A stretch of 64,000 nucleotides of DNA from an uncultured bacterium (GCA_902761735.1 CACWLL010000005.1:35639-99638); one strand, 5' to 3'. Counted from the stretch's first letter, positions 46,212 to 56,750 are shown. Translations and numbers: made by a program. The notes: generated by a model from the sequence alone, not told the origin.

Positions 46212-49200
46212 CTATGAAATCAATCCGACTCTGCCAAGAATATCTTTTCTTGTGTAAAAACCATATTTGTCAGCAACATCGGAAATAGATGTTAAATTAG
46301 TTCTGTTAAATCCGCTCTGTGCACCGAAAGATGAGAAGTTTTCATATAAATTATTCTCTTCCGTAGCAGCAGCTTTACGTTCAAGATCCTCAACGGATGA
46401 CGCACCTTCTTTGTCAGCGACTAAATCATTATACAAATCCTGAACCCCGCTACTATAATTTGCTGTAGGATTTTGGCTTATATAATTCATAGCATCAGCA
46501 CGCATTGATGGGGTTTTTAACATTTCTTTTAAGATTTCACTCTTCATAATGCTGCTCATATTACCGAACATAGTAAGCATATCGATACCGTATTTGTTAA
46601 TCATCATAGTAAAGAGTTCACCTTTAGATTTAACAATAGCATCTAATAAAAGTTGTTGAATATATGTAGGATAAGTTTTGATATCGGCAACTATTTTTCT
46701 GTATATTTCAGATTTAGGCATACCCATCAATTCTTCGATATATTTTTGCATTTGAGTTTTGTCGGAATTGTTAAGCTGCTTATTATCCATACCGATTGCA
46801 CTCTTGATTTCATCAAGAGCCATCATAATTCCACGTTCTTCAAGCACTGCAATTTGGGTTTGAATTTCGGATGACATTGCAGCTACGGCAGATGGTGCCA
46901 TTAATTCAACTTGTGCGGTTGCAGCTTGTATAGCCTCAATATTACCTGTGGCAGAAGCTTTTTCATATGTTGTTCTTAATGCTTGAGCTTGAACGGATTC
47001 ATCGTAATTATGAATGTTTTGTGCCGCATGAGTAACAACTTCTTGATATTTGGAAGAAGAAATTTCTTCATGCATTGCAAGCTGATTCTTTTTATCACAA
47101 CTTGAGATTTGGTCTGCCAATTTGTTTAATTCTTTAACAGCTTCTTGGCGAGGCAAGTCATTTTCAAGCACCTTATGGACAGATTTAAATGCTTCGGTTT
47201 GTTGACTATTTGCCATTTTCCCAAGGGTCTTGTTGTTAAGAAAATTCTTCATACCTTCAGTTCTTACTTCTTTATCTTGGTCATTTGCAACAAGTCCGAC
47301 AGTAGCAGCTTGCAAATCTTCTTTGGCTTCATTTGCATGCATTGCGTAGAGTTTTTTGGTTTCTTTATCCGCCATGTTGTAGCTTATTTGTAATTCATCT
47401 ATATTATCAGATTCACCTATAATAAAACTTATTGCTTTGTGTTTTACATTTATATCAGAATCATTTTGAGTTTTTTCACCCCAATGTTTCTTTATATCTT
47501 TTGTAACATTACTTACATTTTTTAGATTATCTAATGCTGAGTTTTTCAATGCAGAAGCCCTTTGCGCATCATTATCATTATTCAAATTATCTATAAATAA
47601 ATCATGATTATTTATATCACTGCCTAAAGCTTGTACATTTCCGGTAGTAGCAGCTTGAACAGAGCCTTCTGTATTGGCTAAAGCTTTTTGTAATGTTTCA
47701 TTTGTTTCTGCCAATTTAAATAAAGCTGCGATTTCATCTGCATCACCGGATTTTATAGCTTCAGACATATATTGAGTAAATGTTTCCGGATGTTCTAAGC
47801 ATTTTGCCTGATAATATTCAGCTTTTACTTGAGCCTTTTGTGCAGGAGTTTTAGCCGCATCATATTTTGCTGCAAATTCTTCATCTGACCTGACTTCATT
47901 ATCTAAAGCCGTTGGCTGACCTAAATTTGCACCGAAATCATTTAAGTATTTATCAGGAACTGATTCCAAAAATGCCATTGCTGCTTTTTGCTCTTCCGTT
48001 CTCTGATTCTCAGGTACGGATGCCAATTTATTCTTAATCGCAGTACCTATACTAAATTCTAATTTACCGCCATTTTCAGCACATTTAGCAATATCTTCAA
48101 AGCATAAACCTTTTGCAGCATCAGTTTTTCCTTGTCTTTCTAATTGCTCTTTGCAAGCATCTAAAATAAAGTTAGCTTTTTTCAAATTACTTTTTTCAAT
48201 ATCTGACATACGATCAGGACACATCTGCTCTTTTGAAGAAAGCATTTCTGCAACATACGCAGCTTGTGCAACACTGGATTCGCTGCCAAATTTCTCCACT
48301 GTCATATTGTTTTCGCTTGCCGCTTGAAGTTGTAACATCTTCATTTCAATATAGTCTGAAGAAATTGAATCGGCTTTTTTACCTGTCTTTGCCTCGAAAG
48401 CTCTTTGGTAATCCTCATCGATTTCCTTTGAACACGCTTGAATTAATTTAAATTGCTCATCTTTAGAAAGTTTATTCCATTCTTCTTGAGATTTTGGTTT
48501 ATCTCCAGAATATAAAAACTTATTCTTTGCATATTCATATACATAAGACTTTGCCTTCATATCAGGTTCCATCTTACTAAATTTTACAGAATCATAACCT
48601 AAACCATCTGCTTTTTGGGTAAAAGATTCTTGTTCCTCAGCTTTTGTAAAATCAACTGATTGTTTTTTTTCTGATTTGTCTAATTTTGTCGCATCAGCCT
48701 CTTTTTTTTCTGAAGTAAAAAAGTTAGAAGATTTTGTTGTAGCAGGAGTTTCGGTTTCTTCTGCTTTCGTAGTCTCATCAGTCGACGTTACAGAGGTTTC
48801 TTCCTCTGTTTGGGCTGCTGCAAAAAAGTTAGTTTTTTGTGTTTGTTCTGCAGTTTCTGTTTGTTCCGCTTGAGTTGTTTTAGCCGGAGCTGCCGTATCT
48901 TCTGCCGGCTCAGCTGTTTCAGCCGAAGGCGCAGCTTGCTCAGCAGAAGCTTCTTCTGTAGCTTCAGTATCTGTACTTGTTTGGGTTTCTTCCGGTGTCT
49001 CTCCGGTTTCTTCTGTTTGCTCAGTTTTTTGTGCTGTTAAAAAATTATTAAACAGAGTGACTTGCTCTTCCGGTGACTTTGAGGAAAAGTCCGGATTTGA
49101 GTTCAAAAATCTCTGGAAGTCTTCTAAAGTAAGCTCTATACCTTGTTTTATTGCACGTTTTTTAAACTCATCAAAAACCGTATTGGTATAATCGCTTTTT

Positions 49201-49289
49201 GCGGCACCTGTCGATTGTGCAGATGAAGTACTGCCGCTCCCGCTTACTGAGCTTACGCCTGTATTAAATTTTACTTCCTCTGATACCAT
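46212..49289 (-). CDS. giant hypothetical protein, 1025 aa; acidic T/E/A/Q-rich low-complexity N-terminal third and helical remainder
   Basis: Long uninterrupted ORF. No signal peptide, TM segment or enzymatic motif recognised. Confidence 0.7.
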   Translation of the reverse strand: MVSEEVKFNTGVSSVSGSGSTSSAQSTGAAKSDYTNTVFDEFKKRAIKQGIELTLEDFQRFLNSNPDFSSKSPEEQVTLFNNFLTAQKTEQTEETGETPEETQTSTDTEATEEASAEQAAPSAETAEPAEDTAAPAKTTQAEQTETAEQTQKTNFFAAAQTEEETSVTSTDETTKAEETETPATTKSSNFFTSEKKEADATKLDKSEKKQSVDFTKAEEQESFTQKADGLGYDSVKFSKMEPDMKAKSYVYEYAKNKFLYSGDKPKSQEEWNKLSKDEQFKLIQACSKEIDEDYQRAFEAKTGKKADSISSDYIEMKMLQLQAASENNMTVEKFGSESSVAQAAYVAEMLSSKEQMCPDRMSDIEKSNLKKANFILDACKEQLERQGKTDAAKGLCFEDIAKCAENGGKLEFSIGTAIKNKLASVPENQRTEEQKAAMAFLESVPDKYLNDFGANLGQPTALDNEVRSDEEFAAKYDAAKTPAQKAQVKAEYYQAKCLEHPETFTQYMSEAIKSGDADEIAALFKLAETNETLQKALANTEGSVQAATTGNVQALGSDINNHDLFIDNLNNDNDAQRASALKNSALDNLKNVSNVTKDIKKHWGEKTQNDSDINVKHKAISFIIGESDNIDELQISYNMADKETKKLYAMHANEAKEDLQAATVGLVANDQDKEVRTEGMKNFLNNKTLGKMANSQQTEAFKSVHKVLENDLPRQEAVKELNKLADQISSCDKKNQLAMHEEISSSKYQEVVTHAAQNIHNYDESVQAQALRTTYEKASATGNIEAIQAATAQVELMAPSAVAAMSSEIQTQIAVLEERGIMMALDEIKSAIGMDNKQLNNSDKTQMQKYIEELMGMPKSEIYRKIVADIKTYPTYIQQLLLDAIVKSKGELFTMMINKYGIDMLTMFGNMSSIMKSEILKEMLKTPSMRADAMNYISQNPTANYSSGVQDLYNDLVADKEGASSVEDLERKAAATEENNLYENFSSFGAQSGFNRTNLTSISDVADKYGFYTRKDILGRVGLIS

Positions 49290-49514
49290 TTCTTAATATC
49301 CTCAAAGTTATCCTCTCTATACACATGTAAAAACATGTCGTAATAAGGAATTGCAGGACATTATACAAATCGTTACATTTATTTACAAAGTATATAAACT
49401 TTATATTGTATGTGGGTTTTAGAATACATTAAGGCAATATAAATTACCCTCTCTTGAATTTCTGATTTTCGGGTTTACCTCAAATCGAAATTCTTTTCTC
49501 TCCTCAGGAGAGAT

Positions 49515-49537
49515 ACAAAAATCTCCCTTGGGGGAGA
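49515..49537 (-). terminator. Rho-independent terminator of the 220-aa gene
   Basis: Minus strand reads TCTCCC-CCAA-GGGAGA followed by TTTTTGT. Confidence 0.6.
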
Positions 49538-49608
49538 GTAATTTTTCTTAATGAGTTGGACACAACGAATTTAGAAAAATGAGAGAGGTTCAAGCCCCTA
49601 CTCAAAAT

Positions 49609-50271
49609 TTACTTAATAGGCTTATAGCGTGTAACCCTATCTTTAATTAACGGCGCATTTTTAACATTTGATTTTCCAAAATATTCATCAAATTCTGATT
49701 GAGGCAATAATCCTATAGCACCATTATTTGTTCTAAAATTTGCATAAAACTTTAACTGTGCACCGAACACATCCGGTATATAACATATTTTAAAGTCTTT
49801 TTCTGCCTGTCCATTGCTAATCTGTCGATATGCCATCAAGTATCTGCCATCTGTCCTTGGCGTATCACATATCGCAATTACTTTTCCAACTAAAATACCT
49901 TTTTTATTTCCTACTTTATTGTCATAATTAAAACAAAAATTTTCAAAATCTTTTTCATTATTGTCGTCAGAAAATGCTAAATACCTGATTGACTCATTAC
50001 CACTATGTAATTCTCTTTTTAATACAATATTGTCATCTCTTTGTTGAACCATTTCAATATTGTTAGGTATATAATTCGGATTATACGGCTCAACTGATGA
50101 TGAATTTAGAGGACTCATCGCTAAAAGAACAATAACCGGCACTTTCTTCACTATACCTGAACTTCTCTCAGGCTGATACGGTATTGTATCAGGTTCCACA
50201 TCTCTGCGTCTTCTTGTAAAATTTACATTGCTATTACTTAAACTAAAATTAGATACAGGTGTAATTGTCAT
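49609..50271 (-). CDS. hypothetical protein, 220 aa
   Basis: ORF with a downstream terminator. No motif recognised. Confidence 0.5.
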   Translation of the reverse strand: MTITPVSNFSLSNSNVNFTRRRRDVEPDTIPYQPERSSGIVKKVPVIVLLAMSPLNSSSVEPYNPNYIPNNIEMVQQRDDNIVLKRELHSGNESIRYLAFSDDNNEKDFENFCFNYDNKVGNKKGILVGKVIAICDTPRTDGRYLMAYRQISNGQAEKDFKICYIPDVFGAQLKFYANFRTNNGAIGLLPQSEFDEYFGKSNVKNAPLIKDRVTRYKPIK

Positions 50272-50471
50272 AATTAACCCCTTTTATTTTCATTTCCCCA
50301 TAAATGATTATAACAACTGAAGTTAAATTTTTGTTATTAGTTATATACTATTTTAATAAATGTTTACACTTGCACACCCCCCATGTTTGTTATACTCTAT
50401 ATTTATACAAAATGCTTATTTGTAGGTCGAATTTTATTCGACAAAAGTATAAAAGAAGGAGAACAAACAAA

Positions 50472-51431
50472 ATGGCTGAAAGAAAATTAGTCGGAACGAA
50501 CGAAATGTTCAAAAAAGCACTAGCCGGCGGTTATGCTATCGGTGCTTACAATGTTAACAACATGGAAATTTTACAAGGTATTGCAGAAGCTGCTGAAGAA
50601 ACTCAATCACCTATCATTTTACAGGTTTCAGCAGGTGCAAGAAAATATGCTAACCAAACATACTTAATCAAATTGGTTGAAGCTGCATTAGCTACAACTA
50701 CTGTACCTATCGCTCTTCACTTAGATCACGGTGCAGATTTCGAAATTTGTAAAGCATGTATCGATGGCGGTTTCTCATCAGTTATGATTGACGGTTCAAG
50801 ATTCCCGTTTGAAGAAAACGTTAGAGTTACAAAACAAGTTGTTGAATATGCTCACGAAAGAGGAGTTTCAGTTGAAGCTGAATTAGGTAAATTGGCAGGT
50901 GTTGAAGATGATGTTAACGTTGATGCTAAAGATGCTAAATACACTAACGTAAAAGAAGCTGTTGAATTTGTTAAACAAACCGGCTGCGATTCTTTGGCTA
51001 TTGCTATCGGTACATCTCACGGTGCATACAAATTCAAAGGTGAAGCTAAGTTAGACTTTGAAAGATTAAAAGAAATTAAAGATGCATTAAAAGAAGCAGG
51101 ATTTGGTGATTACCCAATCGTTCTTCACGGTTCATCTTCAGTTCCGAAAGAATTCGTTGAAAAATGTAATAAATTCGGCGGCAACTTGCCTGATGCACAA
51201 GGCGTTCCTGAAGAAATGCTTAACTATGCTTCTAAACACGGTGTTGCTAAAATCAATATCGATACAGATTTAAGATTAGCAATGACTTCAACTATCAGAG
51301 AATTTTTCATTGAACATCCTGAAAAATTCGACCCACGTGAATATATGGGACCTGGCAGAACTGCCGTTAAAGAAATGGTTATGCACAAAATGCGTGACGT
51401 TCTCGGAACAGCTGGACACGCTAAAGACTAG
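50472..51431 (+). CDS. fba: class II fructose-1,6-bisphosphate aldolase
   Basis: HLDHG and GTSHGAYK motifs. Start set at MAERK after AAGGAGAA. The upstream ORF extension looks non-coding. Confidence 0.93.
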   Translation: MAERKLVGTNEMFKKALAGGYAIGAYNVNNMEILQGIAEAAEETQSPIILQVSAGARKYANQTYLIKLVEAALATTTVPIALHLDHGADFEICKACIDGGFSSVMIDGSRFPFEENVRVTKQVVEYAHERGVSVEAELGKLAGVEDDVNVDAKDAKYTNVKEAVEFVKQTGCDSLAIAIGTSHGAYKFKGEAKLDFERLKEIKDALKEAGFGDYPIVLHGSSSVPKEFVEKCNKFGGNLPDAQGVPEEMLNYASKHGVAKINIDTDLRLAMTSTIREFFIEHPEKFDPREYMGPGRTAVKEMVMHKMRDVLGTAGHAKD

Positions 51432-51450
51432 TTCTTTATATAATAAAGTT

Positions 51451-51486
51451 AAAAATCCTGTCATTTATATATGACAGGATTTTTTA
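51451..51486 (+). terminator. Rho-independent terminator of fba
   Basis: ATCCTGTCAT-loop-ATGACAGGAT followed by TTTTT. Confidence 0.9.
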
Positions 51487-51497
51487 TATCAATATTA

Positions 51498-51528
51498 TAA
51501 AAAAGCGGGCAACATTTGTTACCCGCTT
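51498..51528 (-). terminator. Rho-independent terminator of ftsZ
   Basis: Minus strand reads AAGCGGG-loop-CCCGCTTTTTT. Confidence 0.8.
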
Positions 51529-51573
51529 AACTTTTCATACTTCCCATTTTGTCGGAAGATTTACTTATGCCGA

Positions 51574-52785
51574 CTACTTCTTTAAGAAATCAGGAATTTC
51601 TATATTTGAAAAACCTGCTGAAGATGACGGCATTGAACTTCTTCTTGATGGAGTTGATGTAGAAGTGCTTGTAGAAGTACTTACACCTAATCCGCTTGCA
51701 AACGAGTTGTTTGAGAAGAAGTCATTTAACTTGCTAATATCAGGTTTGGCTGTTTGCTCAAGATTTTTCTTAACATCAAATCCTGTTGCAACAACCGTCA
51801 CACTGATAGAATTGTTTTGAATATTTTCATTAACTGCAGTACCGATAATAACTGTTGCGTCCTCAGTAACAGCATCGTGGATAATATTTGCTGCGTCTGA
51901 AATTTCGTGCAATGTCATATCAGGCCCGCCTGTAATATTAACGATAACACCTGTTGCACCGTTAATTGAAGATTCAAGTAATTGAGAGTTAATAGCAATT
52001 TCAGCAGCCTTAACAGCTCTGCCTTCACCTTGTGCAATACCGATACCCATTAACGCTGAACCTGAACCCTGCATTACGCTCTTAACATCGGCAAAGTCAA
52101 CGTTAATCATACCAGGAGTTGTAATGATATCAGAGATACCTTGAACACCTCTTAACAATACTTCATCAACAATCAAGAAAGATTCAGTTAATGAAACTTG
52201 TCTGTCAACTACTTGAAGTAACTTGTCATTTGGAACAACAATAACAGCATCAACACATTCTCTCAATTTTTCAAGACCTTGTTCTGCTTGATTTTGTCTT
52301 TTACGACCTTCCCAATTGAAAGGTTTTGTAACAACGGCAATAGTTAAAATCCCTAATTCTTTAGCAATTTTAGCAACAACAGGAGCTGCACCCGTACCGG
52401 TACCACCGCCCATGCCGGCTGTTATAAATACCATATCAGCGCCGTCCAAAGCCTCAGTGATTTCTTGTTGAGCCTCTTCAGCAGCCTTTTCACCAACCGA
52501 AGGATCGCCGCCTGCACCAAGACCTTCTGTAGACTTGATACCTAACTGAATTTTATTTTTTGTTTGTCCAAATTCCAAAACTTGTAAATCTGTATTCATT
52601 AACCAAAATTCAACACCGGACAGACCATTTTTAATCATTCGGTTAACAGCGTTACCGCCGCCGCCGCCAACACCGACTACTTTAATTTTTGTAGGGTTTA
52701 CACCACTTCTTGCCGGTAGTTCAGGAGCTGAACTTGTTTGAGTTTCATCTTTTTTCGCAAAGATATCTGATACGAAATTTTCCAC
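51574..52785 (-). CDS. ftsZ: cell division GTPase FtsZ
   Basis: [11 protein letters not shown] tubulin signature, T7 INVDFADV, Ser/Thr-rich linker and C-terminal peptide IEIPDFLKK. About 30-aa N-terminal extension. Confidence 0.97.
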   Translation of the reverse strand: MENFVSDIFAKKDETQTSSAPELPARSGVNPTKIKVVGVGGGGGNAVNRMIKNGLSGVEFWLMNTDLQVLEFGQTKNKIQLGIKSTEGLGAGGDPSVGEKAAEEAQQEITEALDGADMVFITAGMGGGTGTGAAPVVAKIAKELGILTIAVVTKPFNWEGRKRQNQAEQGLEKLRECVDAVIVVPNDKLLQVVDRQVSLTESFLIVDEVLLRGVQGISDIITTPGMINVDFADVKSVMQGSGSALMGIGIAQGEGRAVKAAEIAINSQLLESSINGATGVIVNITGGPDMTLHEISDAANIIHDAVTEDATVIIGTAVNENIQNNSISVTVVATGFDVKKNLEQTAKPDISKLNDFFSNNSFASGLGVSTSTSTSTSTPSRRSSMPSSSAGFSNIEIPDFLKK

Positions 52786-53000
52786 GATTTTTACCTCTTA
52801 TATTAGTATATTACTTAATTTTCGATAATTTATACTCTGCAATACAACGAGTACATCAATAACATACTAACATACTATTTTAAAGAAAAAAAAAGTACAA
52901 TAAATTTCACAGAATTATGAACAAAAGTTAAGGAAAGCATGATAAATTGAGGATTTTACGTGCAATTGGACCTAACAAGCTCTTCAATATCAGATTTTAT

Positions 53001-53798
53001 CTATATCTTTGCGGGAGATGTTCCCCAATGGAGCTTATCTCTCAAAACAGTATAAAAATCCGTTCCGTCCAAAAGTACCAACTTTACCGGACTTGCATAC
53101 TTTTCTATCGTAATTTCATCACTCACCTGCATAAATTCCTGACCGTCAGCAGAGAAAAAATAGCCTTTTGGATTATTTGAACTGCATATAGTTATCGTTT
53201 CCGTATCGGGAACAACAAGAGGGCGAGCAGTAAGCGTATGCGGGCATATCGGAACTATTACAAAAGCCTCTAAAGACGGCACCAATACCGGTCCGCCCGC
53301 AGAAAGACCGTATGCAGTGGAACCTGTCGGAGTAGAAATTATAACTCCGTCCGCAAGATAATCACAAACGCTATTCCCGTTAATCTTTAGTGAAAATTTT
53401 GAAGTTCTGCCGGATAGAGAACTTTTTATAACAAAATCATTTAGCGCAGTATACTTATCGTATTTTAACATTATTCTATCATCAATACTAAATTCACCTT
53501 TTAAAATTTTATCAACAGCATAGCGAATTTTTTCTGCCGAACACTGCGACAAAAATCCTAACCTCCCAAGGTTTACTCCAAATATAGGAGTCGCAAATTT
53601 AGAATAAAATCTTGCAGTCTTTAATATTGTTCCGTCACCGCCGACAACAAACACAAAATCATATCCCTCCTTCAAATTATCTATCCCCAATGCCGTAACA
53701 TATTTACCACTTTGAGTTAATAATTTGAGGATACTGTCTTTTATCTCAACGGAATGAGCAACATTCGTGTTATATACAACTGCAAATTTCTTTAAATC
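53001..53798 (-). CDS. nadK: NAD kinase
   Basis: GGDGT motif and STPTGSTAY block. Start set at MDLKKFAVVYN. Confidence 0.9.
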   Translation of the reverse strand, partial: DLKKFAVVYNTNVAHSVEIKDSILKLLTQSGKYVTALGIDNLKEGYDFVFVVGGDGTILKTARFYSKFATPIFGVNLGRLGFLSQCSAEKIRYAVDKILKGEFSIDDRIMLKYDKYTALNDFVIKSSLSGRTSKFSLKINGNSVCDYLADGVIISTPTGSTAYGLSAGGPVLVPSLEAFVIVPICPHTLTARPLVVPDTETITICSSNNPKGYFFSADGQEFMQVSDEITIEKYASPVKLVLLDGTDFYTVLRDKLHWGTSPAKI

Positions 53799-53892
53799 CA
53801 TACTCCTGATTATAACATAAAAAAAAGCCTCCACGAAACCGCAAAAGGCTTTGTTAAATTAAACTATCCTCTATCTTCTTATCCCAATTATC

Positions 53893-54405
53893 TTATTGTT
53901 GAATTGGTTCTCTCCAAAGAGGAGAATCAACAAACTTATTTTGAACTTCATTCATATCTACGGACAAAGCAACGTTGCTCGGAGTAAATATAAATACCAA
54001 GTCGCCGACTTTTTGAGGTTTGCCGTTCAACGCAAGAGCTGCACCGCAAACGAAGTCGATTGTTCTTTGTGATTGAACTTTATCCAATAAATGCAAGTTC
54101 AATACAATTACTTTATTTTCTTTGAACTTTTGAACGATTTGAGCAGCATCATCAAATGAATGAGGTTCCATAACCATTACTTCATAACCTCTATAATTAG
54201 GGTGATTAACTACTTTTAAATCATTTGTTCTGTCTTGTCTTGAATTATATGCATAAGAAGGCGCTACTGCAAGATTATCAACTACTTCGTAATCTTCACC
54301 TTCATAATCTTCATCTAACATATCATCAATATCGGAATCACTTGATCCCCATCCGTTTACACAAAAATCAATTGCTGATTTTAACATGTCTTTAACTGCT
54401 GCCAC
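53893..54405 (-). CDS. sepF: cell division protein SepF
   Basis: DUF552 core: VMVMEPHSFDDAAQIVQKFKENKVIVLNL...IDFVCGAALALNGKPQKV. Confidence 0.88.
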   Translation of the reverse strand: MAAVKDMLKSAIDFCVNGWGSSDSDIDDMLDEDYEGEDYEVVDNLAVAPSYAYNSRQDRTNDLKVVNHPNYRGYEVMVMEPHSFDDAAQIVQKFKENKVIVLNLHLLDKVQSQRTIDFVCGAALALNGKPQKVGDLVFIFTPSNVALSVDMNEVQNKFVDSPLWREPIQQ

Positions 54406-54447
54406 CGTTTTCCTCCGTCCTTATTAAATTTTATTACTTTTCTCTCT

Positions 54448-55110
54448 TTAACTAAATAACTTTCTGCCGATTCTGAGCATCGTTGCACCCTCTTGAGCTG
54501 CTATTACATAATCCTGACTCATCCCCATTGATAATTCAGGAAGTTCACAGTTGAATTTATTTTCAAGACTATCTCTTGTTTCTCTTACATCAGAAAAAAG
54601 CTCTCTCAATTTCCCCTCATCTGCTCCCAGAGGTGCCATATTCATCAATCCCAAAATCTTTAGGTTCGGTAAAGATTTAATCTCCTCAAAAACCCCAAAA
54701 ATCTCTTCTTTTGAAAAACCTGACTTTTGAACCTCACAGGCGTTATTCAACTGCAATAAAATATTTTGAACCTTACCGATTTCAGAAGCATATTCTGAAA
54801 TCTTTGCCGCAAGCTTGACAGAATCAACAGAATGTATCACATCGAATCTCTCCACTGCACGTCTTGCCTTGTTTGATTGAAGATGTCCGATAAAATGAAA
54901 TTCAGAGCCTTCTCTTACATAATCAGGTAAACTTTCAATTTTTTCGGAAGCCTCAATTACTCTGGATTCACCAAAGCGTCTGAGACCTGCTTCGTATGCT
55001 TCAACAATAGCATCCCCGTCAAAATACTTCGTAACAGCAACAATATTCACGTTATAAGGTGCGATTTCTTCTTGTATCAGTTTAAGATTTTTTTCTACAT
55101 TGTGTCCCAT
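54448..55110 (-). CDS. yggS: YggS-family PLP homeostasis protein
   Basis: VAVTKY (PLP Lys) and HFIGHLQSNK motifs. Classic yggS-sepF adjacency. Confidence 0.9.
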   Translation of the reverse strand: MGHNVEKNLKLIQEEIAPYNVNIVAVTKYFDGDAIVEAYEAGLRRFGESRVIEASEKIESLPDYVREGSEFHFIGHLQSNKARRAVERFDVIHSVDSVKLAAKISEYASEIGKVQNILLQLNNACEVQKSGFSKEEIFGVFEEIKSLPNLKILGLMNMAPLGADEGKLRELFSDVRETRDSLENKFNCELPELSMGMSQDYVIAAQEGATMLRIGRKLFS

Positions 55111-55387
55111 AATCTTGCCCCTACAAGAATCTGCTCACAAAAGAGCATATTATAATTTTATCCCATATCACTGATATGGACAACTATTTTATTTTTTACA
55201 CTTATTCACCCTTATCACAATCCCTAAAACCCATGTCGCCACATGATTTTGAGGGTTTTAATATTTCTTAAAATACTGTTAATATTTTTTAATATTTTAA
55301 GTTCAAGGCATGCCCCAATTCCCCAAGTGATATAAAGTTTTGAATGTTCAACATAAAATAGTTACACTATAATTTAAACTATTATTC

Positions 55388-55415
55388 AAAAAAGAAACTC
55401 CTCTATATAGAGGAT
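55388..55415 (-). terminator. Rho-independent terminator
   Basis: CCTCTATATAGAGG palindrome followed on the minus strand by AGTTTCTTTTTT. Confidence 0.7.
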
Positions 55416-55452
55416 TTTTAAATTTTTATTTAAAGCCGAAATAAAAATAACA

Positions 55453-55683
55453 CTATGCTTTTACAATTCCCTGAAGACTCATAACGGATTCGTACGTAGC
55501 TCCGGCTTCAAGCAATTCTTCCGCAAACATTCCAAACAGTGTTATTAACTCATAAACTCTTTGGTTATCACATATTTTTGAATTTAACAGTTTAACCACT
55601 TCTAATATGGCATCCTCTCGTGAAAGATTCGTTATACGGTCGTTAATTCCCAGATGCAAACTTCTTTTTTTTGCCTTACCCAT
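55453..55683 (-). CDS. hypothetical 76-aa protein
   Basis: Start overlaps the ROK kinase stop by 8 nt. Helical. No motif recognised. Confidence 0.45.
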   Translation of the reverse strand: MGKAKKRSLHLGINDRITNLSREDAILEVVKLLNSKICDNQRVYELITLFGMFAEELLEAGATYESVMSLQGIVKA

Positions 55684-56557
55684 TTACACCAACCTTTAAT
55701 GCCAATAATCCCGCACCAATCATACCTGAATAGTTGCCTGCAGACGCTTTAACAACCTTTGTAGGCTGAGTAACAATTTCTTTATTAACAGCATCTGTTA
55801 TATATTCTGTATTAACAAATTCTGCCATAGAACCTGACAATACAACAACATCCGGATCAAAAATATCGGCAAGTCCGATAATACCGTTAATAATATCATT
55901 TTGCCATGTATTAAATATTCGCATCATCAATTCATTGCCGATTTCTAATCCTGCAATAACATCATACGTAGTAATATCGAGGTTCCCTGATATTTCAACG
56001 GCTGTCAATCTTAATCCCGTACCTGATGCGTACGCTTCAAAACAATCTTTGCTTCCGCATGTGCACCGGCGTTTTGCATTTCTTGCAATCTTGAAATGCA
56101 TTTCACCTGCAGCACCACTTTTACCCTTATATAATTTGTTATCCAAAATTATTCCGCCACCTACACCTGTTCCAAGAGTAAGCATTATAGAATACGGATA
56201 CCCTTTTGATGCACCTATTATATGTTCTGCCCACGCTGCACAATTTGCATCGTTTTCCACGAAAACAGGTTTTGTACTTAGAGATTTAAAATTAGTTTTC
56301 GGGTAATCTTTTGCAATATTTCCTGTTGACCCCAAAATACCGTCATTACTATTATTAACTGCACCACAGGTTGCAAATGCAATTACATCAACCTCATCCT
56401 CGTATTTTGAGATTATAGACTTGAACAAATCAATAATTTCCGAATACTCCTTCGGGGTAGAATGTTTTTCTATTTCACCTGCAATCTGACCTGCTTCGTC
56501 TACCAATGTGTTATATATTTTTGTTCCGCCGACATCAATTGCTAAAGCTTTTTTCAT
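55676..56557 (-). CDS. ROK-family sugar kinase (likely N-acetylmannosamine kinase/glucokinase)
   Basis: IDVGGTKI ATP motif and ROK Zn motif CTCGSKDCFEAY. Lies downstream of nanE. Confidence 0.8.
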   Translation of the reverse strand: MKKALAIDVGGTKIYNTLVDEAGQIAGEIEKHSTPKEYSEIIDLFKSIISKYEDEVDVIAFATCGAVNNSNDGILGSTGNIAKDYPKTNFKSLSTKPVFVENDANCAAWAEHIIGASKGYPYSIMLTLGTGVGGGIILDNKLYKGKSGAAGEMHFKIARNAKRRCTCGSKDCFEAYASGTGLRLTAVEISGNLDITTYDVIAGLEIGNELMMRIFNTWQNDIINGIIGLADIFDPDVVVLSGSMAEFVNTEYITDAVNKEIVTQPTKVVKASAGNYSGMIGAGLLALKVGVNG

Positions 56558-56567
56558 ACCTCAACAC

Positions 56568-56750
56568 CTATTTTTTGTCACCAATTTTTAACGTACTCGG
56601 TTCAGCTTTTGTGGGAGAAACTTTTTTAGGAGATATACTTTTAGGGGTAATGTCATTAACATTCTTATATTTACTATAACTTGTCATTACATTCATTAAT
56701 GTTCTCAACCTGTCATATCCCGACAAAAATCTTATCTTCATACCAGACAC
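56568..56750 (-). CDS. hypothetical 60-aa ORF between nanE and the kinase
   Basis: ORF only. Basic, low-complexity C-terminus. Confidence 0.3.
   Translation of the reverse strand: MSGMKIRFLSGYDRLRTLMNVMTSYSKYKNVNDITPKSISPKKVSPTKAEPSTLKIGDKK

Noticed and set aside
49581-49603. GAGAGAGGTTCAAGCCCCTACTC as a tRNA or tmRNA T-arm
   Set aside because: GGTTCAAGCCCC resembles a T-loop, but the flanking stem is mismatched. No acceptor, D or anticodon arms can be built around it.
50304-50471. N-terminal extension of the fba ORF (and similar extensions for pgk, hisS, nadK, the PHP phosphatase and perM)
   Set aside because: The upstream in-frame codons translate to implausible hydrophobic sequence. They precede a canonical RBS plus a Met that aligns with the family N-terminus.
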